Source: Chiloscyllium plagiosum
Taxonomy: Eukaryota
Assembly (NCBI RefSeq): GCF_004010195.1
Contig: NC_057719.1
Location: 95,051,515 to 95,115,514, forward strand
DNA length: 64,000 nt
Direction: 5' to 3'
Positions 37,247-50,353 of the stretch are shown in pieces. How positions within the stretch are numbered: position 1 is the first letter of the stretch; every line of letters starts with the position of its first letter. Made by a program: the position numbers and the translations under genes. Under the pieces are notes generated by a model. That model was given only the letters and a program-made list of their open reading frames with translations, was not told the DNA's origin and did no database searches.

Positions 37247-38399
37247 CACCATAGTTAAATAGTTTACCAAAGTATGCAAAACTCCCCTGTTGACCTGTCT
37301 TTTAGACTCAGGCTGTCAGAAAGCATGGATCAGCTTTCTATACTTAACAAGAATTATTTATTATTAAAATAGGTTCTAGCAAATGATAAACAACAATGAA
37401 CAGACAACATATAACTCTACTGATTATAACACCCTGATAAAACTTCCCCTGAATGCACATACAACCACAGAAAAGCATGGATATTGTGGGTCCAGGTAAA
37501 GACTGGAAGGTGGATCAATAGTCCACAGAGTTCAATGAAATGATCCTTTTAGCTTATCAGGACTTGCAGCTTCTCAATCTTCCTTCTCTAGATATTTGGG
37601 CTTGAGGTACTGTTACAGCGCTGAGAGACCAGTTCCTTGATCTCCAGAGGTCCGATGGCTTCTGCCTGGATTTGCATACCCACAAACTGACCATATTGTT
37701 ATTGCAGGCAGAAAGATTTTGTCATAAGCATCTGGTCACCAATCCACAGGCCACTCAGCTACTTATTGCTGGTCATTACCACCTTTTATACGCACTCACT
37801 GGCTTCAGCTCATTTGTAGTGACCTCGTCCACTGCTTGTGCAAGCAGCAGTGTAAACAACAGTTATAATGACTATCAAGAGGGAGTTATCAGGAGCCACT
37901 GCTATGGGAAGGAAGTTGGGGAACTCAGCTGCGGGTATTGAAGGCAGTGTGTGGGTTCTACTTGGGAACAATGTGAGGCTTTTGAAGGGGCAACCACATT
38001 TATCAGGCCCTGTCACAGTACAGGTTGAAATAATTTGTAATAATCACATCTTGCATGTGTAATGCATGCAGTGTCCAATTGAGTGGGGTACAAATCCTGG
38101 TCACAAACATTCCTGGCCATCTTATTAGTCATTGCAGACTGAAGATTGCAGGTCACAATTCACAAAGGTCCCATAGGCTGTTCACAAGCACCAAACTGAG
38201 TTCCTCTCAGCTTGAATTATAGGTATTTACCAACTTGCTCTATTATACACTATGGCCTGCCTTGACTGATGTGTGGTGGGATGACAAATTATTAATAATT
38301 ATCTATCATTTACAATCCCCTAATGTATGCATGCAACATGACATGCTGCAGCCATTGAAATAGAAAGTCGGTGTCAAATGCCAATCCCATTTCCCTCCT

Positions 38400-38710
38400 T
38401 GTTGCAATCCTCCATATCCCACTGTATGGAGGAATATGCTAAACTGTCAAGGAGCGGATGTCTGAGAAGGATGGTTACTGGGAAACAATGGCTACCTTTT
38501 GCAACCATGGCTGATGATTCTGTCATGCAACTCATTGCCCGAGGTCAAGCATAGATACAATGCAGCCCATTCTTTGAACCAGAGCCACTGTGCAACGGAG
38601 GTGAGACCTCCTGAAGATGAGGTTCTGGATTGGTCTGGTGGAACCTTCCAGTACAGTTCAGACAGAGTGTGCTGTGTTATCTGAGTATGCTGTGCTCCAC
38701 TCAGCTAAAC
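38400..38710 (+). mobile_element. PIF/Harbinger (HARBI1-like) DDE transposase C-terminal remnant
   Basis: GWLLGNNGY.LQPWLM...RYNAAHS..RATV...LLKMRF..LDWSGGTFQYSSDRV...VCCA matches the HARBI1-family motif GWLLGD.GY...WL.TP...YN.AH..TR..IE...G.LK.RFRCLD.SGG.LQY. Confidence 0.82.
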
Positions 38711-39590
38711 AGGCAATGACAGAATGTGATGGACTCTGAAGAACTGGGACAGTGGCAGCAGACGTAGAACATAGAACATCGAACATAGAAAAGTACGGAA
38801 TTGTTATGGTGCACAATGAGGCGATAAGGCTTATCCTGTCTGCACCTGCACATGATTGAGCCCCCATCATTCTGGTGGTTTCATGTTCATATTACATCAA
38901 TAATTGCAACAGGAGGCAAATTCAAAACACAGTTTGGCAATGAGCTAATTTTACCTAAGCTACCTACCAAAGCTTGATATCCCAATTAAATTTCCTTGCT
39001 TTTATTGAATCCTTTATAATATGTTTCCTCTTTCAGTATTTACCTAATTCTCTGTTAAATGTCATTCTTGAATCCTGCTTCAAGAACTACATGCATCCAA
39101 TCATTTAGTATTTTATTAATTTGCATTTTATCAAGAAATTCTTTGAATGTCTTCCTTTGAGTAGTAATATGAAAAGTATGTCTCCCAGTTACTGATTCAC
39201 TGATCACTAATTTCTCTCTCAAGTCCTTTTAAGTGTGTGAACACTTTCCTTTTATCAAACTCAATCAGCATCAATGAATATATGCTTCATTTTTTGATCT
39301 ATTATCCTTGAAAAAAACCTATGATTTCCTCTCTCCTGGGCTGTTGCATTCCCCCTGTAACCCTAGATCGATGCTTACTATATTATCACAATCCTAGCTG
39401 TAGGCTCTCTCTCTGCTTTGGAGGATTCCCCAGAAATTAGAGAGCCAAGCCTGAGAATCATAATGGTCACTGAGCATGGAACTTTCTGATGAAGAATGTG
39501 TATCCTAGGGTTAAAAATCCATAACTTGTGCCCAATCACATCATCCATTCCTAGCCACATGTGGTAAACTTGTTCCTGTCAGGCTCAGAC

Positions 39591-39958
39591 ATTCCTGATG
39601 AAGGGTTTATGCCTGAAATGTTAATTTTCTTGCTCCTCGGATGCTGCCTGACCTGCTGTGCTATTCCAGAACCACACTCTCGACTCTAATGTCCAGCATC
39701 TGCAGTCCTAACTTTTGCCTAGTTGATTATAACCTGACTGCGAAGCCTCTTCCAAAGATGCCTGCCTTGAAGAAGTTCCCTCCTCTCTCTAAAAGGACAT
39801 CAGTGAGTTTCTCTCTCTCTCTCTCTCTCACTACACCACCCAGGTCATCTCTTCTGCCCTGAAGCTTTTCAACCACATCTGGAAGCAAATTCACTACCAC
39901 AGCCACATCTCCTTCCTCAGTGCCTGTCTATGGAACCAACTGATCCCGCATGAACTCC
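39591..39958 (+). mobile_element. PLE fragment: hammerhead/pLTR followed by the ORF N-terminus
   Basis: Starts with attcctgatgaagggtttatgcctgaaatg, continues through the family-A tail, then encodes HYHSHISFLSACLWNQLIPHEL, resembling the PLE N-terminal FL..C....IP.GL motif. Confidence 0.7.
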
Positions 39959-40454
39959 ATTCCAGATATAAAGTTATACACAGTATCAAGAATATACTTA
40001 CAAAAATAACTACTCTCACACTACACTGATCCCACTTTGCAGCACTTGATCCATAGCCTTACATGTTATGACATTTTAAGCACTCATTCAAGTACTTTTT
40101 AAAAGTTGTGAGGTTTCCCATCTCAACTACCATTCCAGGAGTACTTTGCAGATTCCTATCACCCTTTGGATGAAAAGATTTTCTTCAAATCCCCTTAAAC
40201 CTTCTGCCTTTCACTAAAATTATGCCCTTTTGTTATACCCATGAACTAAGGAGAAACTGTTTCCCTGCAGAGATTGTGGATATATCAGAAGTAATCTTCA
40301 AAATTCCCTAGATTCTGTAAAGGCCTCAGTGGAATGAAAGAACACAAACGTCGTACCTTTGTTCAAGAATGGGAGAAGGCAGAAAGTAGGCTTTCAGCCA
40401 GTTAGTTCAAAGTCTATTGTGGGGAAAGTGCTAGAATCCCATTACACAAAGTTT

Positions 40455-40835
40455 CCATAGTGCTATGAACTGTAGGACTGTTTTCTCATTAGCGAGAGAA
40501 GGCTGTGCTGAGTTTAATCTGAGAGTCACCACACCTCAGTGAAGTAAAAACAATGACTGCAGATGCTGGAAACCAGATTCTGGATTAGTGGTGCTGGAAG
40601 AGCACAACAGTTCAGGCAGCATCCAAGAGCTTCGAAGGGCTTTTGCCCGAAACATCGATTTCGAAGCTCCTGGATGCTGCCTGAACTGCTGTGCTCTTCT
40701 ATCACCACTAATCCACACCTCAGTGAAGGTCAAGGTTGAGAAGGCGAGTCCTTCATGGGAGCCTCAGCTGTTATGGGAATTGAAGCCAGGCTGTTGGTAT
40801 CACACTGCATCACAAACCAGCTGTCTGAGCTAATT
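40455..40835 (-). mobile_element. Decayed tRNA-derived SINE (non-HE1) hosting the mini-PLE
   Basis: The minus strand begins tagctcagacagctggtttgtgatgcag...ggcttcaattccc, with A-box- and B-box-like motifs. Confidence 0.5.
40545..40712. mobile_element. Mini Penelope-derived palindromic element (family A variant)
   Basis: Inverted arms; 16-bp TSD ccacacctcagtgaag at 40529-40544 and 40713-40728. Confidence 0.9.
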
Positions 40836-43506
40836 GACTCCTATGCCATAAGGAAAGAGGTCATGGCAGGATACTTAGAAAGTCATTGTACAATCAGGTA
40901 GAATCACAGAGTTTTGTTAAAGGAAGTTTATGTTTGACAAAAATGTCATAGATTTTTGAGTATGTAATGAACATGCAGTATAAAGTGGAACCAATAATTG
41001 TAGTGCTTTAGAACTTCCACAGTGTATTCAATAAAGTGCCACATAAAAGGCTACACAAGATAAGAGTTCACAATATTGGGTGTGAGAAATTGGCTAACCA
41101 ACAAGATGCAAAAAGTTGAGATAAATGGGTTATTTTCACAATGCAGACTAGTAGGGTATCAAAGTGGTACATGTTTTGGCTGCAACTATTTTAAATCATT
41201 ATTAATTACCTGGATTAAAAGTACAAATGGTAATGTAACTGGATTTGCTGATGATAAGATATGGGAGAAAAACAAGTAGTGTGGAGGATACAATTGGCAA
41301 ATGTAGTATAAGGTTCAAAAATGTGAGGTTTTACAAAGTGGCAGGAAGAATAGAAAATTAGAAGAATATTTAAATAGAGTATGACTGCAAAATGTTTTAG
41401 CATACAGGGATCTGGGTGGCCCAGTGAGTTAATCACAGAAAGTCAACAGGCACAACCAATAAATAAGAAGACAAATGGAATGGACCTTGGTGCAGCTGGG
41501 ATGAAGCATAAAAATAGGAAAGGGTTGCTACAATTCTACAGAGAACAAAACACAGAGTGTATGTTTGGTCACCTCACTTAAAAGAGGATCTATCTGCCTT
41601 GGAAGCGGTTCTGAGAAGGTTCACCATGCTGACTCTGAGGATAGTGGATATGTCTCCTGTGGAAGCTTGAGCAGGTGAGGGTTACCCCCTGGGGTTTAGA
41701 AAAATGAAATGTGATCGTTTTGAAACAAGTAAGATTTTGCGAGGGCTTGACAGGGTAGATACTGAAAGGATTTTTCCGCGTGTAGGCAAATCCAGAACAC
41801 AAGGACACACTTTGCAAACAGGGCATGTCCAATTTAAGCTGAAAATGAAAAGTGAATTCTTCTCTCAGAGAGTTGTTGGTATTTGGAATTCTCTCCACCA
41901 GTGAAGTTTGGAACATTGAATGTATTCAAAGATGAGTTTGATTTTTAATTGACAAGGAGGGTTATGGAGGACCAGCAGGAAAGTTAAGTTAACCCTACTA
42001 TTAGATCAGCTATAAATATTATCAAATGACAGAACAAGCTTCAGGTACCAATTGGTCTATTTCTACTCTGATTTCCTATTTTCTTATGTCATCACAGGTG
42101 AATTTGAAAAGGGTGCTTTGATGAAAGCAAAATGGATGCGGAATTGTTTAAAAACAAAATTGTGGGAAACAGGGCACAGGGTTTGGAGTTTTCTTGATAA
42201 GTGGTTGGAGAGGATGAAGTTAAAAATCACACAACACCAGGTTATAGTCCAACAGGTTTATTTGGAAGCACCAGCTTTCGGAGCACTGCTCCTTCATCAG
42301 GTGTTGTGGAGAATAAGATCGTAGGACACAGATTTTGTAGCAGAAGTTTACAGTGTGATATAACTGAAATTATATATTGAAAAAGACCTGCATTGTTTGT
42401 TAAGTCTCTCAGCTTTTAGAATACGAGGATGGGCATGTTGGTTTCAGTTCTTTCAGTTTGCTACGAACAATGATCTGTTTGAGGTTTGGTAGTTGTTTAA
42501 AGGCAAGAAGTGGAGGTATGGGAAAGGTCTTGGTGAGGTGCTCATCTTCATTGACAATGTGTTACAGGCTGTGAAGAACATGATGTGGTTTATCGGCTCC
42601 TGGGAAGTAGTGGACAAATGTCCGCCATGTACGTGGCTGGTACTCATCTGACTCGGTCAACTTTGTCTACTTCATACGCTACAGGCAAGGATGCCCTGAG
42701 ACATGGTACATTGGTGAGACCGAGCAGAGGCTATGGCAATGGCAACAATCAACAGACAGGAGTGTTCCCTCCCAGTTGGATAACACTTCAGCAATCCAGG
42801 ACATTCGACCTCAGACATTTGCGTGACCATCCTCCAGGGTGAACTTTGGGACAAGCAACAACACAAAGTGGCCAAACAGAGGCTGATAGCCAAGTTCAGA
42901 AGCCATGGAGATGGTCTCAACCGGGGTCTTGGGTTCATGACACACACACACACCATTCATGCAGACCCTTTCCCATACGCAAGTTCTCTCTCATACACTT
43001 CACACAGTCACCCACTCAAAGAGTTATACCCCTTTACATGCACACACATACACACACTCTCTCACAGACACTCATATCCCCCCCGGCACACACACACACC
43101 CACATGTACACGTGTACGTATAAGTTGTGGGGTGGGTTTGTATTTGCAGAATTACATTTTATTTTGCTCAAAAACTGCATGAATCCATGTAAGATTCTGT
43201 AAATTCCTTTCTTTAGAAATAGAATCAGTCTGAACATTGGGGCACAGACAACCTCACACAGGGCACCTCACACCTACAATGCATTATCTGGGCCGACATG
43301 GCACCTATTGTTAAAGTTCACTTGAGAATGTAACTTTAAAAAAGTTCTAGGATTTACATATGAAAGAACTGAAATCAACATGGTCATTCTAAATGATGAG
43401 AGACTTAACAAACAATGTGTCTTTTTCAATATATAATTTCAGTTACATCACACTGTAAACTTTTGCGATTAATTCTGAGTCTTACAATCTTATACTCCAC
43501 AATCAC

Positions 43507-45022
43507 AGAGTCATAGAGTCATAGAGATGTACAGCATGGAAACAGACCCTTCGGTCCAACCCGTCCATGCCAACCAGATATCCCAACCCAATTTTCTAGT
43601 CCCACCTGCCAGCACCTGGCCCATATCCCTCCAAACCCTTCCTATTCATATATCCATCAAAATGTCTCTTAAATGTTGCAATTGTACCAGCCTTCACCAC
43701 ATGCTCTGGCAGCTCATTCCATATACGTAACACCCTCTGCGTGAAAAGGTTGCCCCTTAGGTCTCTTTTATATCTTTCCCCTCTCACCCTAAACCTATGC
43801 CCTCTAGTTCTGGACTCCCCGACCCCAGGGAAAAGACTTTGTCTATTTATCCTATCCATGCCCCTCATAATTTTGTAAATTTCTATAAGGTCACTGCTCG
43901 GCCTTCGACACTCCAGGGAAAACAGCCCCAGCCTGTTCAGCCTCTCCCTGTAGCTCAGATTCTCCAACCCTGGCAACATCCTTGTAAATCTTTTCTGAAC
44001 CCTTTCAAGTTTCACAATATCTTTCCAATAGGAAGGAGACCAGAATTGCACGCAATATTCCAACAGTGGCCTAACCAATGNNNNNNNNNNNNNNNNNNNN
44101 NNNNNNNNNNNNNNNNNNNNNNNNNNNNNNNNNNNNNNNNNNNNNNNNNNNNNNNNNNNNNNNNNNNNNNNNNNNNNNNNNNNNNNNNNNNNNNNNNNNN
44201 NNNNNNNNNNNNNNNNNNNNNNNNNNNNNNNNNNNNNNNNNNNNNNNNNNNNNNNNNNNNNNNNNNNNNNNNNNNNNNNNNNNNNNNNNNNNNNNNNNNN
44301 NNNNNNNNNNNNNNNNNNNNNNNNNNNNNNNNNNNNNNNNNNNNNNNNNNNNNNNNNNNNNNNNNNNNNNNNNNNNNNNNNNNNNNNNNNNNNNNNNNNN
44401 NNNNNNNNNNNNNNNNNNNNNNNNNNNNNNNNNNNNNNNNNNNNNNNNNNNNNNNNNNNNNNNNNNNNNNNNNNNNNNNNNNNNNNNNNNNNNNNNNNNN
44501 NNNNNNNNNNNNNNNNNNNNNNNNNNNNNNNNNNNNNNNNNNNNNNNNNNNNNNNNNNNNNNNNNNNNNNNNNNNNNNNNNNNNNNNNNNNNNNNNNNNN
44601 NNNNNNNNNNNNNNNNNNNNNNNNNNNNNNNNNNNNNNNNNNNNNNNNNNNNNNNNNNNNNNNNNNNNNNNNNNNNNNNNNNNNNNNNNNNNNNNNNNNN
44701 NNNNNNNNNNNNNNNNNNNGAGGTAACCCTCTTCGCTGTCCACTACACCTCCAATTTTGGTGTCATCTGCAAACTTACTAACTGTACCTCTTATGCTTGC
44801 ATCCAAATCATTATGTAAATAATAAAAAGTAGAGGACCCAGCACCGATCCTTGTGGCACTCCACTGGTCACAGGCCTCCAGTTTGAAAAGCAACCCTCCA
44901 CCACCACCTTCTGTCTTCTACCTTTGAGCCAGTTCTGTATCCAAATGGCTAGTTCTCCCTGTATTCCATGATATCTAACCTTGCTAATCAGTCTCCCATG
45001 GGGAATATTGTCGAACACCTTA
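43507..45022 (-). mobile_element. CR1 LINE (RT through 3' end) inserted in the PLE tail; spans an N-gap
   Basis: ORFs 43596-44078 and 44791-45066 carry CR1 RT motifs; (ctatgact)n tail at 43507-43525. Confidence 0.92.
44081..44719. other. Assembly gap (N run)
   Basis: Run of N. Confidence 1.
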
Positions 45023-45931
45023 TGAACCTGATGAAGGAGCAGCGCTCCAAAAGCTAGTGCTTCCAAATATAACTGTTGGACTATAACCTGGTGTTATGTG
45101 GTTTTAACTTTGTCCACCCCAGTCCAACACCAGCACTTCCAAATCAGGAGAGGATGAAGGCATTAAGGACAGACTTCTTGAGGAAATAGGTGATAACGGC
45201 AACTTGGAATTTAAATAAATGGCATTGTGTGAAAATACTACAGTTGGAGATGCATATGAAGTATCATCCATTTTGGTAGAAAAATGACCTTAAACCTAGA
45301 AGAATGATCATGGCTGAAATATTTCAAAGATAATATGAGTAAATATTGGGAAGCTCACTGTAAGATGTCCATCCTGTACACATGTATGGTACTTATCTGG
45401 GAAATGTATACTACTGAGACACAGTATCATCCTGCCTGAACTGATCCCTGACTTTACTGTTAGATACTCAAGGCTGTTCACAAGCATGGGACTGTGAGTA
45501 ACAACTGAAAATGCAATGGAGTGGAGTGGCCTAAATCTCAACAATGCTCAGACTCCATTCCCACAGTTAGTCCTACTGTGCATAACCTCTGATCATGCTC
45601 GTTCCTCATCCTCATCTCAAGGGATTCCACCCTCCCAGACATGTGGGAATGCTCACTCCCTTCAACACTGCCTTACAATAGTCACTACCGCCTCTTTCCT
45701 CACTCGGAACAATGCTCATCCACTGTATCCCCAGTAGTGCTCACCCTGATCACTTTACTGCTGTCATCAACATCTTGACCAGGACAGGAAGCACCAACTA
45801 AACAGATGGAAATGTTAAGGCTGAACTTTTAATTGTGGTTAGTGGTGATCACCATGGTATTGCCACAGACTATAAGATTCAGAGCCATATCATTTTTGGG
45901 TTAGATCTTGTTAGACTGATTCAGATTATAC

Positions 45932-46085
45932 AGTCATAGAGATGTACAGCACGGAAACAGACTCTTTGGTCCAACCTGTCCATGCTGACCAGATGTCCTA
46001 ACCTAATCTAGTCCCATTTGCCAGCACTTGGCCCACATCCCTCTAAACCCTTTCCTATTCATATACCCATCCAGATGCCTTTTAA
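45932..46085 (-). mobile_element. CR1 3' terminal fragment
   Basis: Matches 29101-29250 and 43510-43670. Confidence 0.88.
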
Positions 46086-46689
46086 ACCTACCCAAAAATA
46101 AAATAATTTGTGGGTTAAAGGTTAAAGCATGAATTTCCTTTAGGGTTATGAAATAAGGTATATCCAACTTAAATACTGAAATTAAAGTTTGCACCTGCAC
46201 CAAATAGTTGTGATTTGTTAATTACATTACCCATCCATAAGTCTGATACACCAAAATATTTTTAACGTATAATCACAGTTTAATGCAGAATTGATCAATA
46301 CGGTTTGCAGCATGAAAAACAAAAAAACACTGCAAAATCAAAAGTACGTCAGGCAACATCTGTGGAAAGAAAGCAAGCTAACATTCTAAGTCTAGGTGAA
46401 TTTTCAGTTCAGATTCCAGCATCGGCTTCTACCTATTTTCAATATATTGCTGAAATGGGCAAAGTTCCAGATGACAGAGTTAAGATGATATTTCACTCAC
46501 ATATGAGATATCACATGGTGTTTTCATGCTCATAACTCTTGTGTTTCTGGCACAAATATGTAGATATGATTTGGCTGCCAGCAATGTCTCTGACATTATC
46601 TTACTAATTATATCATATGAGTTTTATAAGTTCAGTTTCATCTTTCGGATATGGTAGAGGATAAAATGGTCATCCTACCCAAATTCCCA

Positions 46690-46957
46690 GATATTCCGGT
46701 CTGTACCATTTTGAACTGGAATGAATCTGCACAGTGGGGGATGGATATTTCAGTCTGTACCAGTGTGAACTGGACTGAATCTGTATGGTGACAGATGGAT
46801 ATTCCGGTCTGTACCGGTCTGAACTGGAATGAACCTGCATGGTGACAGATGGATATTCCGGTCTGTACTGGTTTGAACTGGACTGAATCTGCATTGGGCT
46901 GGTGGATGTTCCAGTCTGTGCCAGTTTGAATGGACTGAGTCAGCACGGTGATGGATG
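46690..46957. repeat. Minisatellite, 54-bp unit x 5
   Basis: Unit ~gatattccggtctgtaccggtctgaactggaatgaacctgcatggtgacagatg starting at 46690, 46744, 46798, 46852 and 46905. Confidence 0.93.
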
Positions 46958-48314
46958 AAGTTTCTGTGCACTAACCAGGCACAGTGAAAGTACAGCAAAC
47001 CATAAAAAGATGAATTGCATGATGTGATGTGACAAATGTTTTAAGCAAACATTTGAGATAGTTGAGCAAACCCCTAAGTCAAGAAAAAAACAAATGATAA
47101 CACAGTGATGCAATAAAAATACAGAAATGTCTTTATTTTTCAATTTATTTACAGTTTATTATCATCTGACCTTGTACAGCAAAAGGTATTGAAAAATATG
47201 AAAATAGCTCTGGATCAATTTCGCTTCAATGACTGTGATAGATTTCACCATGTCATGAATATTCTCAAACAATGTGATATCTCTAGTGTCTTTACGGCCA
47301 TTCTGACTTCAACTAGGAAACAGGCAGGTGAATAGTTAGGCTTCACCAAACTCCACAAGATTTGCTTTCAGTTGACAGCATTTTAAATATCTCACAAGTT
47401 TCGCCATAATTGTAGGGTTTGAACATCCTTTAACAAAGAGTTCTTGATGTTGAATGATAGCTTGTCTGTGATTTCATGCTCTAGTATGGCCTAATTTTGC
47501 TCTTAGTGGTTTGTGTGGTTCCATGACAAAGGTGTATGATGTTGGTTAATCTAGAGCAATTAATCCTGAACTTCCACTTGTCATGAGCACCATTCTATTT
47601 GCTTTCCCACACCCCAGCAGGAATAGCTGGTGCTTTTCCATGATAGATTTTCAGGTTATCTGGATTTGACTCATTGCAATTTCATGGGCCTGCACTGTCC
47701 AATAGTTAACACAACTGCATGATACTCAGGTTCTCAATGCTGACATAAGTTGGTGGTAAGCTGCCTTCTTGACGCAGTCCACTTGATGTAGGTAGACCAA
47801 CAATGCCATTATGGAGGGAGCCCCAGGATTTTGACAGAGTGATACTGATGTAATGATAGTCTATTTCCAAATCAGGATGATAAATGGTTTGGAGGGGAAC
47901 TTGCAGATGACATTCTCATGTATCTGCTGCCCATCTTCTTCCAGATGTTACTAGATCTGGGTTCAGAAGGTGTCACCTAAGGATCTTTGGAGAATTTCTT
48001 TAGTACATCTTATAGACATTTGATAGCACTGCTACTAAGTGGATGATTGAGTATCTGTGGGGGTGGTGCCAATGAAGCAGACTACTTTGTCCTGGATATT
48101 GTCAGGTTTCTTTAGTGTTAATAAAATGCAGCAAGTGGGGAGTCCTATCCATCAGGATCTCCAGGACACAGCCTGAAGAATGCCAATTGCCACATCTGGA
48201 GAAAATATCAGGAACCGTGCAGGATATCTGCAGATAGAGACTTTCCCGGGTAGACAATGGACTTTTAAAGGTTGTGCATGTACAAGCAATGCCATTGAAA
48301 CAGAATTAAAACAT

Positions 48315-49110
48315 TAGAGGTAGGAGCAGGAGGAAGCCATTCAGCCCCTCGATCCTGCTCGGCCATTTGATATGATCATGGCTGATTTCATCTCGGCTTC
48401 AACTTCACTTTCCTGCCTGTTCCCCATAACCCTTTAACCCATTACTGATTGAAAATCTATGTCTCCTCCTTAAAATTACTCAGTGTCAATGAATTCTATT
48501 GATCTCTGATTTAAATCTGTTACCCGTTATCTGAAAACTATGACCTCTGATTTTAGATTGCTCCACAAGAGGAAACACGCTCTACATCTTTTTCTTTTGT
48601 TAATCATCTTTTAGCATCTCTTATACCTCAATTACATCTCCTCGCATTTTTCTAAACTCCAGTATGTATCGGCGTAAATTCTTCAGCCTCTCTACATTAG
48701 ATGAACCCTTCATCTCTGGCATCAATCTACTGAACCTTTAATGAACTACATCCAATATAACTACATCCCTCCTCAATTGGGGAGACCAAAATTGGATTCA
48801 ATACTCCAGGTGCGATCTCACTAATGCCTTGTACAGTTGTAACAATACTTCCCCACTGTTATACTCTATTCCTTAAGCAATAAATGCCAAAATTCCACTT
48901 ACCTCCCGACAGCCTTCCCGACAGCCTTCCCGACAGATCCCTCTGCACTGAGTCACTTTAAAGTTTCTCTCCTTTTACATAATAAGTTACCTCCCACCAA
49001 AGTAAATAATTTCACACATCCATTTTAATCTTGGTTTGCCAAACTTTGGCCCATTCACCTCACCTATCCACACCCATTTGTAAAATACTTTATTTCTTCA
49101 TGGCAACTAG
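48315..49110 (-). mobile_element. Old CR1 3' region, including a small tandem (cccgacagcctt) expansion at ~48905-48937
   Basis: CR1 3' UTR and ORF end recognisable in reverse. Confidence 0.65.
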
Positions 49111-50064
49111 GATTATGGGATATCTACTGAGTAGCAACCTTTTCTTGGAAGGACATATAGTAAGATGGGACAGAAATCAGTCAGAGGAAATGCCTATGCC
49201 ATAGAAGATGAACATCAAAGATAATTAATGAGGCAGGTTTGGTAAGATACTGTGAGAGAATTAATTGGGCCTCACAGTGAGAAAACCTTCAAAAGCGCTG
49301 TGCAACTTAAACCTTCAAGAAAAATGCATAAGGTTCAGCTGGCATTGATTCTCACCAGTTTCAATTACAAGGAGGAAAAAAGCATGTAACATTTTGATTC
49401 AGTCCTTTAAGTTTTTACATTCAACATTTGATTCCACAATTTTAGATTATAGCCTTTCCCCTCATCATTTCAAAATAAACTTTTAATAATGATTCTGCTA
49501 TTGCCATTTCCACCTCATCTTGACCCATCTTTAGTTCCTTTACCTTCCCCAACCACCTTCAATGGTTTTGCACCAAATGTCTCCTGTTACAGTGACAGTT
49601 TTTTTTCTTCTATTTCCCCACTTCTTCTTTTCCTGCCTCTGCACTTACTTTGACAGTGCTGTAGGATAAACAGGGGTGTGACAGCTTGGATACTTGGCAC
49701 ACACAAGTGCTCTATTCTCCTGCGATGGTTACCAACCAGCTATACACTGAGACAGTGGGATCTCGTAAATTGACAAAAATGTTTGGTTGTTCCGATAAGA
49801 CCTTGATTACCAGATATGTGAAATCTAAAACATCAAAGATCTGTCAATTTCCTTTCTAGAAAGCAAAACTGAAACTCTGTGCTTGACTGGGTTTATCTGT
49901 ATCAAACCTCATGTCATGCGAAGCCATCATACAATAATTTAAAAACATGGTGGATGTAATTGTGGATTGCAAAAAGCAGGATCATACATTGGTCAACAAT
50001 TGAGTCCTAACTAGATAGAAAGAATTTGCATAGGGCAATGGGTGGTCAACTTACTTCTATTAGG

Positions 50065-50353
50065 CAGAAGTGGGTACTGCAGATGCTGGAGATTTACAGT
50101 CAAGGTTAGAGTGGTGCTGGAAAAGCACAGCAGGTCAGGCAGCATCTGAGGAGCAGGAAAATTGATGTTTTGGGCAAAAGCCCTTCATCAGGAATTTCTG
50201 ATGAAGTGCTTTTGCCCGAAATGTCGATTTTCCTGCTCCTCGGATGCTGCCTGACCTGCTGTGCTTTTCCAGCAATAAAGTTTCAACTTTGATCTCCAGC
50301 ATCTGCAGACCTCACTTTCTCCTCGTGCTTTTCCAGCACCACTCTAATCTTGA
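50065..50353. mobile_element. Palindromic mini-PLE with two back-to-back hammerhead motifs and a nested second PLE tail
   Basis: Arms ~50100-50195 and 50196-50274 are inverted. gtgcttttccagca is duplicated at 50261-50274 and 50325-50338 around a 50-bp tail of the 33270-33318 type. Confidence 0.88.

Larger units (their letters stand above)
40270..42090 (+). mobile_element. Old CR1 LINE RT and 3' end, interrupted by a SINE and a mini-PLE
   Basis: Decayed RT motifs (GFADD at ~41240; RGLDRVD...FFSQRVVGIWNSL). Confidence 0.72.
42220..45146 (+). mobile_element. Penelope-like element, family B (inverted 5' pLTR, GIY-YIG, 3' pLTR), with a nested CR1
   Basis: SVNFVYFIR.RQGCPETWYIGETEQRL at ~42650-42735 and ...QRLIAKFRSHGDGLNR. 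The termini are inverted. The 13-bp TSD ggagaggatgaag lies at 42207-42219 and 45147-45159. Confidence 0.88.

Noticed and set aside
46638..46998. Repetitive ORFs or a CRISPR-like array over the 54-bp repeat
   Set aside because: Head-to-tail units without spacers; the ORFs are by-products of the periodicity.
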